64,000 bases of DNA from Eledone cirrhosa (taxonomy: Eukaryota). The position numbers were made by a program, and so were the translations under genes. The notes beneath the pieces were generated by a model. The model was not told where the DNA came from. It saw only the letters and a program-made list of their open reading frames with translations, and searched no databases. Position 1 is the stretch's first letter, and each line of letters opens with the position of its first letter. Location: the NCBI GenBank assembly GCA_964016885.1, contig OZ024740.1:432636001-432700000 (forward strand). The letters are read 5' to 3'. Positions 10,255 through 23,100 of the stretch are shown piece after piece.

Positions 10255-10473
10255 TACAAGGGGCTGCTGAAAACTTCCTGGCTTTAAGGGTATTTAAGAG
10301 GCCTGGTTGAAGACCCAACTTTCCGAGTTCTTTTTACAGGGCTTAAAAAAACTGAAGGAATGCTGCAATAAGTGTGTGAATCAGAGGGGAAGATGTTGAA
10401 TAAAATCATAATTAACTGATCCTCCTGTATTTTACTTTAGCCAAAGCCAGGAACTTTTCAACATCCCCTCGTA
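10255..10473 (+). mobile_element. Tc1/mariner-derived MITE with about 30-bp TIRs and TA target duplication
   Basis: Left end TACAAGGGGCTGCTGAAAACTTCCTGGCTTT vs reverse complement of right end TACGAGGGGATGTTGAAAAGTTCCTGGCTTT (27/31). Interior translates as FLQGLKKLKECCNKCVNQRG..VE*, like a mariner transposase C-terminus. Confidence 0.88.
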
Positions 10474-10569
10474 GACAATGTTACGCAGATTAATATTAAA
10501 AGGTTTTATAAAACTATCAATAGAAGAAACAGTTTAGATAAAATACTTGGTTACAGAAAACAAACTTAC

Positions 10570-11099
10570 CCTTCTCAATTCTAGTTCTGTGTCACCATTT
10601 ATTTGCAGGGCAGCCATCTGACGGCCCTGATTAACTTGGACAGTTATGGCAGGGTAACGGGTGTTATCGTTACTATTAACAAAAGCACCATCAGAAAGAA
10701 AATCAGGAAGACTAGAAGCTAACTGAGGTTGAGAATCTTCTGAGTCACTTTTAAATGATAAATCATTTTCAATATTTGAAGAAGTGTTTGTCAGTTCATT
10801 TCTAATTTGGTGTTCCCCCAACAAAGTCCTGCGCCTTTCCTCAGCTTCATTATTAACCAAATCATTTTTTGTGTTGTTCAAATCACAACCACCAAGATAA
10901 TTAGCACTCAAAATACAGTTTGGAAGATCCAAGACATTCCGGTCTCGAGTGTCTCCGAAGTAGTGGTCCTGTACAAAATCTGGAAGGTCATGTGCAGCAC
11001 CATTATGGCGGCGGTTCTTACAACCAGAATGTGCAAGGAACTTTTTGAAGGAAAATGGGTTTCCATCTGCAGATTTCTTTTTTGGCTTTGATTTTCCAT
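10570..11099 (-). CDS. ENTR1: Internal coding exon of an ENTR1/SDCCAG3-like gene (endosome-associated trafficking regulator 1)
   Basis: Acceptor caaaaattattttcAG (11102-11100) and donor AGG|GTAAGT (10569). 530 nt, phase 1 in and phase 0 out, no stops. Encodes NPFSFKKFL, LPDFVQDH and LPDFLSD motifs, recalled as typical of SDCCAG3/ENTR1. Splices in frame to the coiled-coil exon. Confidence 0.8.
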
Positions 11100-11170
11100 C
11101 TGAAAATAATTTTTGATAAAGATATATATCAGTAAATGCTAGATGAATGCTCAATAATTCAATTAGTTAA

Positions 11171-14100
11171 GTCATGTAGGTGTCACAACAAAAGGTACCC
11201 AGTACACCCTGTAAAGTGGTCATGTAGGTGTCACAACAAAAGGTACCCAGTACACCCTGTAAAGTGGTCATGTAGGTGTCACAACAAAAGGTACCCAGTA
11301 CACCCTATAAAGTGGTCATGTAGGTGTCACAGCAAAAAGTACCCAGCCCACACTGTAAAGTGGTCATGTAGGTGTCACAACAAAATACACCCAGTACACA
11401 CTGTAAGGTGGTCATGTAGGTGTCACAACAAAAAATACCCAGCACACACTGTAAAGTGTTCATGTAGGTGTCACAACAAACAACACCCAGTAAACACTGT
11501 AAAGTGGTCATGCAGGTGTCACAACAAAAAATACCCAGCACACACTGTAAAGTGTTCATGTAGGTGTCACAACAAACAACACCCAGTACACACTCTAAAG
11601 TGGTCATGTAGGTGTCACAACAAAAGGAACCCAGTACACACTGTAAAGTGGTCATGTAGGTGTCACAACAAACAACACCCAGTACACACTGTAAAGTGGT
11701 AAGGTAGGTGTCACAACAAAAGGTACAGAGCACACACTGTAAAGTGGTCGTGTAGGTGTCACAACAAAAAGTACCCAGCACACACTGTAAAGTGGTCATG
11801 TAGGTGTCACAACAAAAGGTACCTAGCACACACTGTAAAGTGGTCATGTAGGTGTCACAGCAAAAAGTACCCAGCACACACTGTAAAGTGGTCATGTAGG
11901 TGCCACAATAAACAACACCCAGCACACACTGTAAAGTGATGATGTAGGTGTCACAACAAAAGGTACCCATCATACACTAAAGTGGTCCTGTAGGTGTCAA
12001 AACAAAAGGTACCCAGCACACACTGTAAAGTGGTCATGTAGGTATCACAACAAAAGGTACCCAGCACACACTGTAAAGTGGTCATGTAGGTATCACAACA
12101 AACAACACCCAGTACACAATGTAAAGTGGTCATGTAGGTGTAACAACAAACAACATCCAGAACACACTGTAAAGTGGTCATGTAGGTGTCACAACAAAAG
12201 GTACCCAGTACACACTGTAAAGTGGTCATGTAGGTGTCACAACAAACAACACACAGAACACACTGTAAAGTGGTCATGTAGGTGTCACAACAAAAGTACC
12301 CAGTACACACTGTAAAGTAGTCATGTAGGTGTCACAACAAAAAATACCCAGCACACACTGTAAAGTGGTCATGTAGGTGTCACAACAAACAACACCCAGT
12401 CCACACTGTCAAGTGGTCATGTAGTTGTCACAACAAAAGATACCCATCATACACTATGTGGTCATGTAGGTGTCAAAACAAAAAGTACTCAGCACACGCT
12501 GTAGAGTGGTCATGTAGGTGTCACAACAAAAAATACCCAGTCCACACTGTAGAGTGGTCATGTAGGGGTCACAACAAAAGGTACTCAGCACACACTGTAA
12601 AGTGGTCATGTAGGTGTCACAACAAAAGGTACCCAGCACACACTGTAAAGTGGTTATGTAGATGTCACAACAAAAGGTACCCGGTACACACTGTAAAGTG
12701 GTCATGTAGGTGTCACAACAAAAAGTACCCAGCACACACTGTAAAGTGGTTATGTAGATGTCACAACAAAAGGTACCCAGTACACACTGTAAAGTGGTCA
12801 TGTAGGTGTCACAACAAAAGCACCAAGTACACACTGTAAAGTGGTCATGTAGGTGTCACAACAAACAACACCCAGTACACACTGTAAAGTGGTCATGTAG
12901 GTGTCACAACAAAAGGTACCCAGCACACACTGTAAAGTGGTCATGTAGGTGTCACAACAAAAAGTACCCAGCACACACGGTAGAGTGGTCATGTAGATTT
13001 CACAACAAAAGGTACCCAGTACACACTGTAATGTGGTCATGTAGGTGTCACAACAAAAAGTACCCAGCACACACTGTAAAGTGGTCATTTAAGTGTCACA
13101 ACAAAAAGTACCCAGTGCACTCTGTAAATTGGTCATGTAGGTGTCACAACAAAAGGTACCCAGGACACACTGTAAAGTGGTTATGTAGATGTCACAACAA
13201 AAGGTACCCAGCACACACTGTAAAGTGTTCATGTAGGTGTCAGAACAAACAACACCCAGTACACACTGTAAAGTGGTCAGGTAGGTGTCACAACAAAAGG
13301 TACCCAGCACACACAGTAAAGTGGTCATGTAGGTGTCACAACAAACAACACCCAGTACACACTGTAAAGTGGTCAGGTAGGTGTCACAACAAAAGGTACA
13401 CAGCACACACTGTAAAGTGGCCGTGTAGGTGTCACAACAAAAAGTACCCAGCACACACTGTAAAGTGGTCATGTAGGTGTCACAACAAAAGGCACCCAGT
13501 ACACACTGTTAAGTGGGCATGTAGGTGTCACAACAAAAGGTACCCAGTACACACTGTAAAGTGGTCATGTAGGTGTCACAACAAAAAGTACCCAGAACAC
13601 ACTGTAAAGTGGTCATGTAGGTGTCACAACAAACAACACCCAGTCCACACTGTAAAGTGGTCATGTAGGTGTCACACCAAAAGGTACCCAGCCCACGCTG
13701 TTAAGTGGGTATGTAGGTATCACAACAAAAGGTACTCAGCACACACTGTAAAGTGGTCATGTAGGTGTCACAACAAAAGGTACCCAGTACACACTGTAAA
13801 GTGGTCATGTAGGTGTCACAACAAACAACACCCAGTACACACTGTAAAGTGGTCAGGTAGGTGTCACAACAAAAGGTACCCAGCCCACACTGTAAAGTGG
13901 TCATGTAGGTGTAGCAACAAAGGGTACCCAGTACACACTGTAAAGTGGTCATGTAGGTGTCACAACAAACACCACCCAGTACACACTGTAAAGTGGTCAT
14001 GCAGGTGTCACAACAAAAAATACCCAGCACACACTGTAAAGTGGTCATGTAGGGGTCGCAACAAATGGTACTCAGCACACACTGTAAAGTGGTCATGTAG

Positions 14101-17100
14101 GTGTCACAACAAAAGGTACCCAGCACACACTGTAAAGTGGTTATGTAGATGTCACAACAAAAGGTACCCGGTACACACTGTAAAGTGGTCATGTAGGTGT
14201 CACAACAAAAGGTACCCAGAACACACTGTAAAGTGGTCATGTAGGTGTCACAACAAAAAGTACTCAGCACACACTGAAAAGTGGTCATGTAGGTATCACA
14301 ACAAAAAGTACCCAGTCCACACTGTAGAGTGGTCATGTAGGGGTCGCAACAAATGGTACTCAGCACACACTGTAAAGTGGTCATGTAGGTGTCACAACAA
14401 AAGGTACCCAGCACACACTGTAAAGTGGTTATGTAGATGTCACAACAAAAGGTACCCGGTACACACTGTAAAGTGGTCATGTAGGTGTCACAACAAAATG
14501 TACCCAGCACACACTGTAAAGTGGTTATGTAGATGTCACAACAAAAGGTACCCAGCACACACTGTAAAGTGGTCATGTAGGTGTCACAACAAAAAGTACC
14601 CAGCACACACTGTAAAGTGGTCATGTAGGTGTCACAACAAAAGGTACCCAGTACACACTGTAAAGTGTTCATGTAGGTGTGACAACAAACAAAACCCAGT
14701 CCACACTGTAAAGTGGTCAGGTAGGTGTCACAACAAAAGGTACCCAGCACACACGGTAAAGTGGTCATGTAGGTGTCACAACAAACAACACCCAGTACAC
14801 ACTCTAAAGTGGTCATGTAGGTGTCACAACAAAAGGAACCCAGTACACACTGTAAAGTGGTCATGTAGGTGTCACAACAAACAACACCCAGTACACACTG
14901 TAAAGTGCTAAGGTAGGTGTCACAACAAACAACACACAGCATACACTGTAAAGTGGTCGTGTAGGTGTCACAACAAAAAGTACCCAGCACACACTGTAAA
15001 GTGGTCATGTAGGTGTCACAACAAAAGGTACCTAGCACACACTGTAAAGTGGTCATGTAGGTGTCACAGCAAAAAGTACCCAGCACACACTGTAAAGTAG
15101 TCATGTACGTGCCACAATAAACAACACCCAGCACACACTGTAGAGTGATCATGTAGGTGTCACAACAAAAGGTACCCATCATACACTAAAGTGGTCCTGT
15201 AGATGTCAAAACAAAAGGTACCCAGCACACACTGTAAAGTGGTCATGTAGGTATCACAACAAACAACACCCAGTACACAATGTAAAGTGGTCATGTAGGT
15301 GTAACAACAAACAACATCCAGTACACACTGTAAAGTGGTCATGTAGGTGTCACAACAAAAGGTACCCAGTACACACTGTAAAGTGGTCATGTAGGTGTCA
15401 CAACAAACAACACACAGAACACACTCTAAAGTGGTCATGTAGGTGTCACAACAAAAGTACCCAGTACACACTGTAAAGTAGTCACGTAGGTGTCACAACA
15501 AAAAATACCCAGCACACACTGTAAAGTGGTCATGTAGGTGTCACAACAAACAACACCCAGTCCACACTGTCAAGTGGTCATGTAGTTGTCACAACAAAAG
15601 ATACCCATCATACACTATGTGGTCATGTAGGTGTCAAAACAAAAAGTACTCAGCACACGCTGTAGAGTGGTCATGTAGGTGTCACAACAAAAAATACCCA
15701 GTCCACACTGTAGAGTGGTCATGTAGGGGTCATAACAAAAGGTACTCAGCACACACTGTAAAGTGGTCATGTAGGTGTCACAACAAAAGCACCCAGTACA
15801 CGCTCTAAAGTGGTCATGCAGGTGTCACAACAAACAACACCCAGTACACACTGTAAAGTGGTCATGTAGGTGTCACAACAAACAACACCCAGAACACACT
15901 GTAAAGTGGTCATGCAGGTGTCACAACAAAAAATACCCAGCACACACTGTAAAGTGTTCATGTAGGAGACACAATAAACAACACCCAGTACACACTGTAA
16001 AGTGGTCAGGTAGGTGTCACAACAAAAGGTACCCAGCACACACTGTAAAGTGGTCATGTAGGTGTCACAACAAAAAGTACTCAGCACACACTGTAAAGTG
16101 GTCATGTAGGTGTCACAACAAAAAGCAACCACTACACACTGTAGAGTGGTCATGTAGGGTTAACAACAAAAGGTACTCAGCACACACTGTAAAGTGGTCA
16201 TGTAGGTGTCACAACAAAAGGTACCCAGCACACACTGTAAAGTGGTTATGTAGATGTCACAACAAAAGGTACCCAGTACACACTGTAAAGTGGTTATGTA
16301 GGTGTCACAACAAAAAGTACCCATCACACACTGTATAGTGGTCATGTAGGTGTCACAACAAAAAGTACCCAGCACACACTGTAAAGTGGTCATGTAGGTG
16401 TCACAACAAAAAGTACCCAGAACACACTGTAAAGTGGTCATGTAGGTGTCACAACAAAAGGTACCCAGCCCATACTGTAAAGTGGTCATGTAGGTGTCAC
16501 AACAAACAACACCCAGAACACACTGTAAAGTGGTCATGTAGGTGTCACAACAAAAGGTACCTAGCACACACTGTAAAGTGGTCATGTAGGTGTCACAGCA
16601 AAAAGTACCCAGCACACACTGTAAAGTGGTCATGTAGGTGCCACAACAAACAACACCCAGCACACACTGTAAAGTGATCATGTAGGTGTCACAACAAAAG
16701 GTACCCATCATTCACTAAAGTGGTCCTGTAGGTGTCAAAACAAAAGGTACCCAGCACACACTGTAAAGTGGTCATGTAGGTATCACAACCAAAGGTACCC
16801 AGCACACACTGTAAAGTGGTCATGTAGGTATCACAACAAACAACACCCAGTACACAATGTAAAGTGGTCATGTAGGTGTAACAACAAACAACATCCAGTA
16901 CACAATGTAAAGTGGTCATGTAGGTGTCACAACAAAAGGTACCCAGTACACACTGTAAAGTGGTCATGTAGGTGTCACAACAAACAACACACAGAACACA
17001 CTGTAAAGTGGTCATGTAGGTGTCACAACAAAAGGTACCCAGTACACACTGTAAAGTGGTCATATAGGTGTCACAACAAAAAATACCCAGCACACACTGT

Positions 17101-20100
17101 AAATTGGTCAGGTAGGTGTCACAACAAACAACACCCAGTCCACACTGTCAAGTGGTCATGTAGGTGTCACAACAAAAGGTACCCAGGACACACTGTAAAG
17201 TGGTTATGTAGATGTCACAACAAAAGGTACCCAGCACACACTGTAAAGTGGTCAGGTACGTGTCACAACAAAAGGTACCCAGCACACACAGTAAAGTGGT
17301 CATGTAGGTGTCACAACAAACAACACCCAGTACACACTGTAAAGTGGTCATGTAGGTGTCACAACAAAAGGTACACAGCACACACTGTAAAGTGGTCGTG
17401 TAGGTGTCACAACAAAAAGTACCCAGCACACACTGTAAAGTGGTCATGTAGGTGTCACAACAAAAGGTACCCAGTACACACTGTTAAGTGGGCATGTAGG
17501 TGTCACAACAAAAGTTACCCAGTACACACTGTAAAGTGGTCATGTAGGTGTCACAACAAAAAGTACCCAGAACACACTGTAAAGTGGTCATGTAGGTGTC
17601 ACAACAAACAACACCCAGTCCACACTGTAAAGTGGTCATGTAGGTGTCACACCAAAAGGTACCCAGCCCACACTGTAAAGTGGTCAGGTAGGTGTCGCAA
17701 CAAATGGTACCCAGCACACACTGTAAAGTGGTCATGTAGGTGTCACAACAAAAGGTACCCAGTACACACTGTTAAGTGGGCATGTAGGTATCACAACAAA
17801 AGGTACTCAGCACACACTGTAAAGTGGTCATGTAGGTGTCACAACAAAAGGTACCCAGTACACACCGTAAAGTGGTCATGTAGGTGTCACAACAAAAAAT
17901 ACCCAGCACAAACTGTAAAGTGGTCATGTAGGTGTCACAACAAACAACACCCAGTACACACTGTAAAGTGGTCAGGTAGGTGTCACAACAAAAGGTACCC
18001 AGCCCACACTGTAAAGTGGTCATGTAGGTGTAGCAACAAAGGGTACCCAGTACACACTGTAAAGTGGTCATGTAGGTGTCACAACAAACACCACCCAGTA
18101 CACACTGTAAAGTGGTCATGCAGGTGTCACAACAAAAAATACCCAGCACACACTGTAAAGTGGTCATGTAGGGGTCGCAACAAATGGTACTCAGCACACA
18201 CTGTAAAGTGGTCATGTAGGTGTCACAACAAAAGGTACCCAGCACACACTGTAAAGTGGTTATGTAGATGTCACAACAAAAAATACCCAGCACACACTGT
18301 AAAGTGGTCATGTAGGTGTCACAACAAAAAGTACCCAGCACACACTGTAAAGTGGTCATGTAGGTGTCACAAAAAGGTACCCAGTACACACTGTAAAGTG
18401 GTCATGTAGGTGTCACAAGAAAAAGTACCCAGCACACACTGTAAAGTGTTCATGTAGGTGTGACAACAAACAAAACCCAGTACACACTGTAAAGTGGTCA
18501 GGTAGGTGTCACAACAAAAGGTACCCAGCACACAGGGTAAAGTGGTCATGTAGGTGTCACAACAAAAAACACCCAGTACACACTCTAAAGTGGTCATGTA
18601 GGTGTCACAACAAAAGGAACCCAGTACACACTGTAAAGTGGTCATGTAGGTGTCACAACAAACAACACCCAGTACACACTGTAAAGTGGTAAGGTAGGTG
18701 TCACAACAAACAACACACAGCACACACTGTAAAGTGGTCGTGTAGGTGTCACAACAAAATGTACCCATCATACACTAAAGTGGTCCTGTAGGTGTCAAAA
18801 CAAAAGGTACCCAGCACACACTGTAAAGTGGTCATGTAGGTATCACAACAAAAGGTACTCAGCACACACTGTAAAGTGGTCATGTAGGTATCACAACAAA
18901 CAACACCCAGTACACAATGTAAAGTGGTCATGTAGGTGTAACAACAAACAACATCCAGTACACACTGTAAAGTGGTCATGTAGGTGTCACAACAAAAGGT
19001 ACCCAGTACACACTGTAAAGTGGTCATGTAGGTGTCACAACAAACAACACACAGAACACACTGTAAAGTGGTCATGTAGGTGTCACAACAAAAGTACCCA
19101 GTACACACTGTAAAGTAGTCATGTAGGTGTCACAACAAAAAATACCCAGCACACACTGTAAAGTGGTCATGTAGGTGTCACAACAAACAACACCCAGTCC
19201 ACACTGTCAAGTGGTCATGTAGTTGTCACAACAAAAGATACCCATCATACACTATGTGGTCATGTAGGTGTCAAAACAAAAAGTACTCAGCACACGCTGT
19301 AGAGTGGTCATGTAGGTGTCACAACAAAAAATACCCAGTCCACACTGTAGAGTGGTCATGTAGGGGTCACAACAAAAGGTACTCAGCACACACTGTAAAG
19401 TGGTCATGTAGGTGTCACAACAAAAGCACCCAGTACACGCTCTAAAGTGGACATGCAGGTGTCACAACAAACAACACCCAGTACACACTGTAAAGTGGTC
19501 ATGTAGGTGTCACAACAAACAACACCCAGAACACACTGTAAAGTGGTCATGCAGGTGTCACAACAAAAAATACCCAGCACACACTGTAAAGTGTTCATGT
19601 AGGAGTCACAATAAACAACACCCAGTACACACTGTAAAGTGGTCAGGTAGGTGTCACAACAAAAGGTACCCAGCACACACTGTAAAGTGGTCATGTAGGT
19701 GTCACAACAAAAAGTACTCAGCACACACTGTAAAGTGGTCATGTAGGTGTCACAACAAAAAGCAACCACTACACACTGTAGAGTGGTCATGTAGGGGTAA
19801 CAACAAAAGGTACTCAGCACACACTGTAAAGTGGTCATGTAGGTGTCACAACAAAAGGTACCCAGCACACACTGTAAAGTGGTTATGTAGATGTCACAAC
19901 AAAAGGTACCCAGTACACACTGTAAAGTGGTTATGTAGGTGTCACAACAAAAAGTACCCAGCACACACTGTAAAGTGGTCATGTAGGTGTCACAACAAAA
20001 AGTACCCAGCACACACTGTAAAGTGGTCATGTAGGTGTCACAACAAAAAGTACCCAGAACACACTGTAAAGTGGTCATGTAGGTGTCACAACAAAAGGTA

Positions 20101-23100
20101 CCCAGCCCATACTGTAAAGTGGTCATGTACGTGTCACAACAAACAACACCCAGAACACACTGTAAAGTGGTCATGTAGGTGTCACAACAAAAGGTACCTA
20201 GCACACACTGTAAAGTGGTCATGTAGGTGTCACAGCAAAAAGTACCCAGCACACACTGTAAAGTGGTCATGTAGGTGCCACAACAAACAACACCCAGCAC
20301 ACACTGTAAAGTGATCATGTAGGTGTCACAACAAAAGGTACCCATCATACACTAAAGTGGTCCTGTAGGTGTCAAAACAAAAGGTACCCAGCACACACTG
20401 TAAAGTGGTCATGTAGGTATCACAACAAAAGGTACCCAGCACACACTGTAAAATGGTCATGTAGGTATCACAACAAACAACACCCAGTACACAATGTAAA
20501 GTGGTCATGTAGGTGTAACAACAAACAACATCCAGTACACAATGTAAAGTGGTCATGTAGGTCTCACAACAAACAAGACACAGAACACACTGTAAAGTGG
20601 TCATGTAGGTGTCACAACAAAAGGTACCCAGTACACACTGTAAAGTGGTCATGTAGGTGTCACAACAAAAAATACCCAGCACACACTGTAAATTGGTCAT
20701 GTAGGTGTCACAACAAACAACACCCAGTCCACACTGTCAAGTGGTCATGTAGGTGTCACAACAAAAGGTACCCAGGACACACTGTAAAGTGGTTATGTAG
20801 ATGTCACAACAAAAGGTACCCAGCACACACTGTAAAGTGGTCATGTAGGTGTCACAACAAACAACACCCAGTACACACTGTAAAGTGGTCATGTAGGTGT
20901 CACAACAAAAGGAACCCAGTATACATTGTAAAGTGGTCATGTAGGTGTCACAACAAAAGGTACCCAGTACACACTGTAAAGTGGTCATGTAGGTGTCACA
21001 ACAAAAGGTACCCAGCACACTCTGTAAAGTGGTTATGTAGATGTCACAACAAAAGGTACCCAGTACACACTGTAAAGTGGTCATGTAGGTGTCACAACAA
21101 AAGGTACCCAGTACACACTGTTAAGTGGGCATGTAGGTGTCACAACAAACAACACCCAGTCCACACTGTCAAGTGGTCATGTAGGTGTCACAACAAAAGG
21201 TACCCAGGACACACTGTAAAGTGGTTATGTAGATGTCACAACAAAAGGTACCCAGCACACACTGTAAAGTGGTCATGTAGGTGTCACAACAAACAACACC
21301 CAGTACACACTGTAAAGTGGTCATGTAGGTGTCACAACAAAAGGAACCCAGTATACATTGTAAAGTGGTCATGTAGGTGTCACAACAAAAGGTACCCAGT
21401 ACACACTGTAAAGTGGTCATGTAGGTGTCACAACAAAAAGTACCCAGCACACACTGTAAAGTGGTCATGTAGGTGTCACAAAAAGGTACCCAGTACACAC
21501 TGTAAAGTGGTCATGTAGGTGTCACAAGAAAAAGTACCCAGCACACACTGTAAAGTGTTCATGTAGGTGTGACAACAAACAAAACCCAGTACACACTGTA
21601 AAGTGGTCAGGTAGGTGTCACAACAAAAGGTACCCAGCACACAGGGTAAAGTGGTCATGTAGGTGTCACAACAAAAAACACCCAGTACACACTCTAAAGT
21701 GGTCATGTAGGTGTCACAACAAAAGGAACCCAGTACACACTGTAAAGTGGTCATGTAGGTGTCACAACAAACAACACCCAGTACACACTGTAAAGTGGTA
21801 AGGTAGGTGTCACAACAAACAACACACAGCACACACTGTAAAGTGGTCGTGTAGGTGTCACAACAAAATGTACCCATCATACACTAAAGTGGTCCTGTAG
21901 GTGTCAAAACAAAAGGTACCCAGCACACACTGTAAAGTGGTCATGTAGGTATCACAACAAAAGGTACTCAGCACACACTGTAAAGTGGTCATGTAGGTAT
22001 CACAACAAACAACACCCAGTACACAATGTAAAGTGGTCATGTAGGTGTAACAACAAACAACATCCAGTACACACTGTAAAGTGGTCATGTAGGTGTCACA
22101 ACAAAAGGTACCCAGTACACACTGTAAAGTGGTCATGTAGGTGTCACAACAAACAACACACAGAACACACTGTAAAGTGGTCATGTAGGTGTCACAACAA
22201 AAGTACCCAGTACACACTGTAAAGTAGTCATGTAGGTGTCACAACAAAAAATACCCAGCACACACTGTAAAGTGGTCATGTAGGTGTCACAACAAACAAC
22301 ACCCAGTCCACACTGTCAAGTGGTCATGTAGTTGTCACAACAAAAGATACCCATCATACACTATGTGGTCATGTAGGTGTCAAAACAAAAAGTACTCAGC
22401 ACACGCTGTAGAGTGGTCATGTAGGTGTCACAACAAAAAATACCCAGTCCACACTGTAGAGTGGTCATGTAGGGGTCACAACAAAAGGTACTCAGCACAC
22501 ACTGTAAAGTGGTCATGTAGGTGTCACAACAAAAGCACCCAGTACACGCTCTAAAGTGGACATGCAGGTGTCACAACAAACAACACCCAGTACACACTGT
22601 AAAGTGGTCATGTAGGTGTCACAACAAACAACACCCAGAACACACTGTAAAGTGGTCATGCAGGTGTCACAACAAAAAATACCCAGCACACACTGTAAAG
22701 TGTTCATGTAGGAGTCACAATAAACAACACCCAGTACACACTGTAAAGTGGTCAGGTAGGTGTCACAACAAAAGGTACCCAGCACACACTGTAAAGTGGT
22801 CATGTAGGTGTCACAACAAAAAGTACTCAGCACACACTGTAAAGTGGTCATGTAGGTGTCACAACAAAAAGCAACCACTACACACTGTAGAGTGGTCATG
22901 TAGGGGTAACAACAAAAGGTACTCAGCACACACTGTAAAGTGGTCATGTAGGTGTCACAACAAAAGGTACCCAGCACACACTGTAAAGTGGTTATGTAGA
23001 TGTCACAACAAAAGGTACCCAGTACACACTGTAAAGTGGTTATGTAGGTGTCACAACAAAAAGTACCCAGCACACACTGTAAAGTGGTCATGTAGGTGTC

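Noticed and set aside
10534-11154. 206-aa ORF as a complete single-exon gene
   Set aside because: Its ends are intronic read-through; splice signals delimit 11099-10570 and the frame continues in the exon at 9902-9829.
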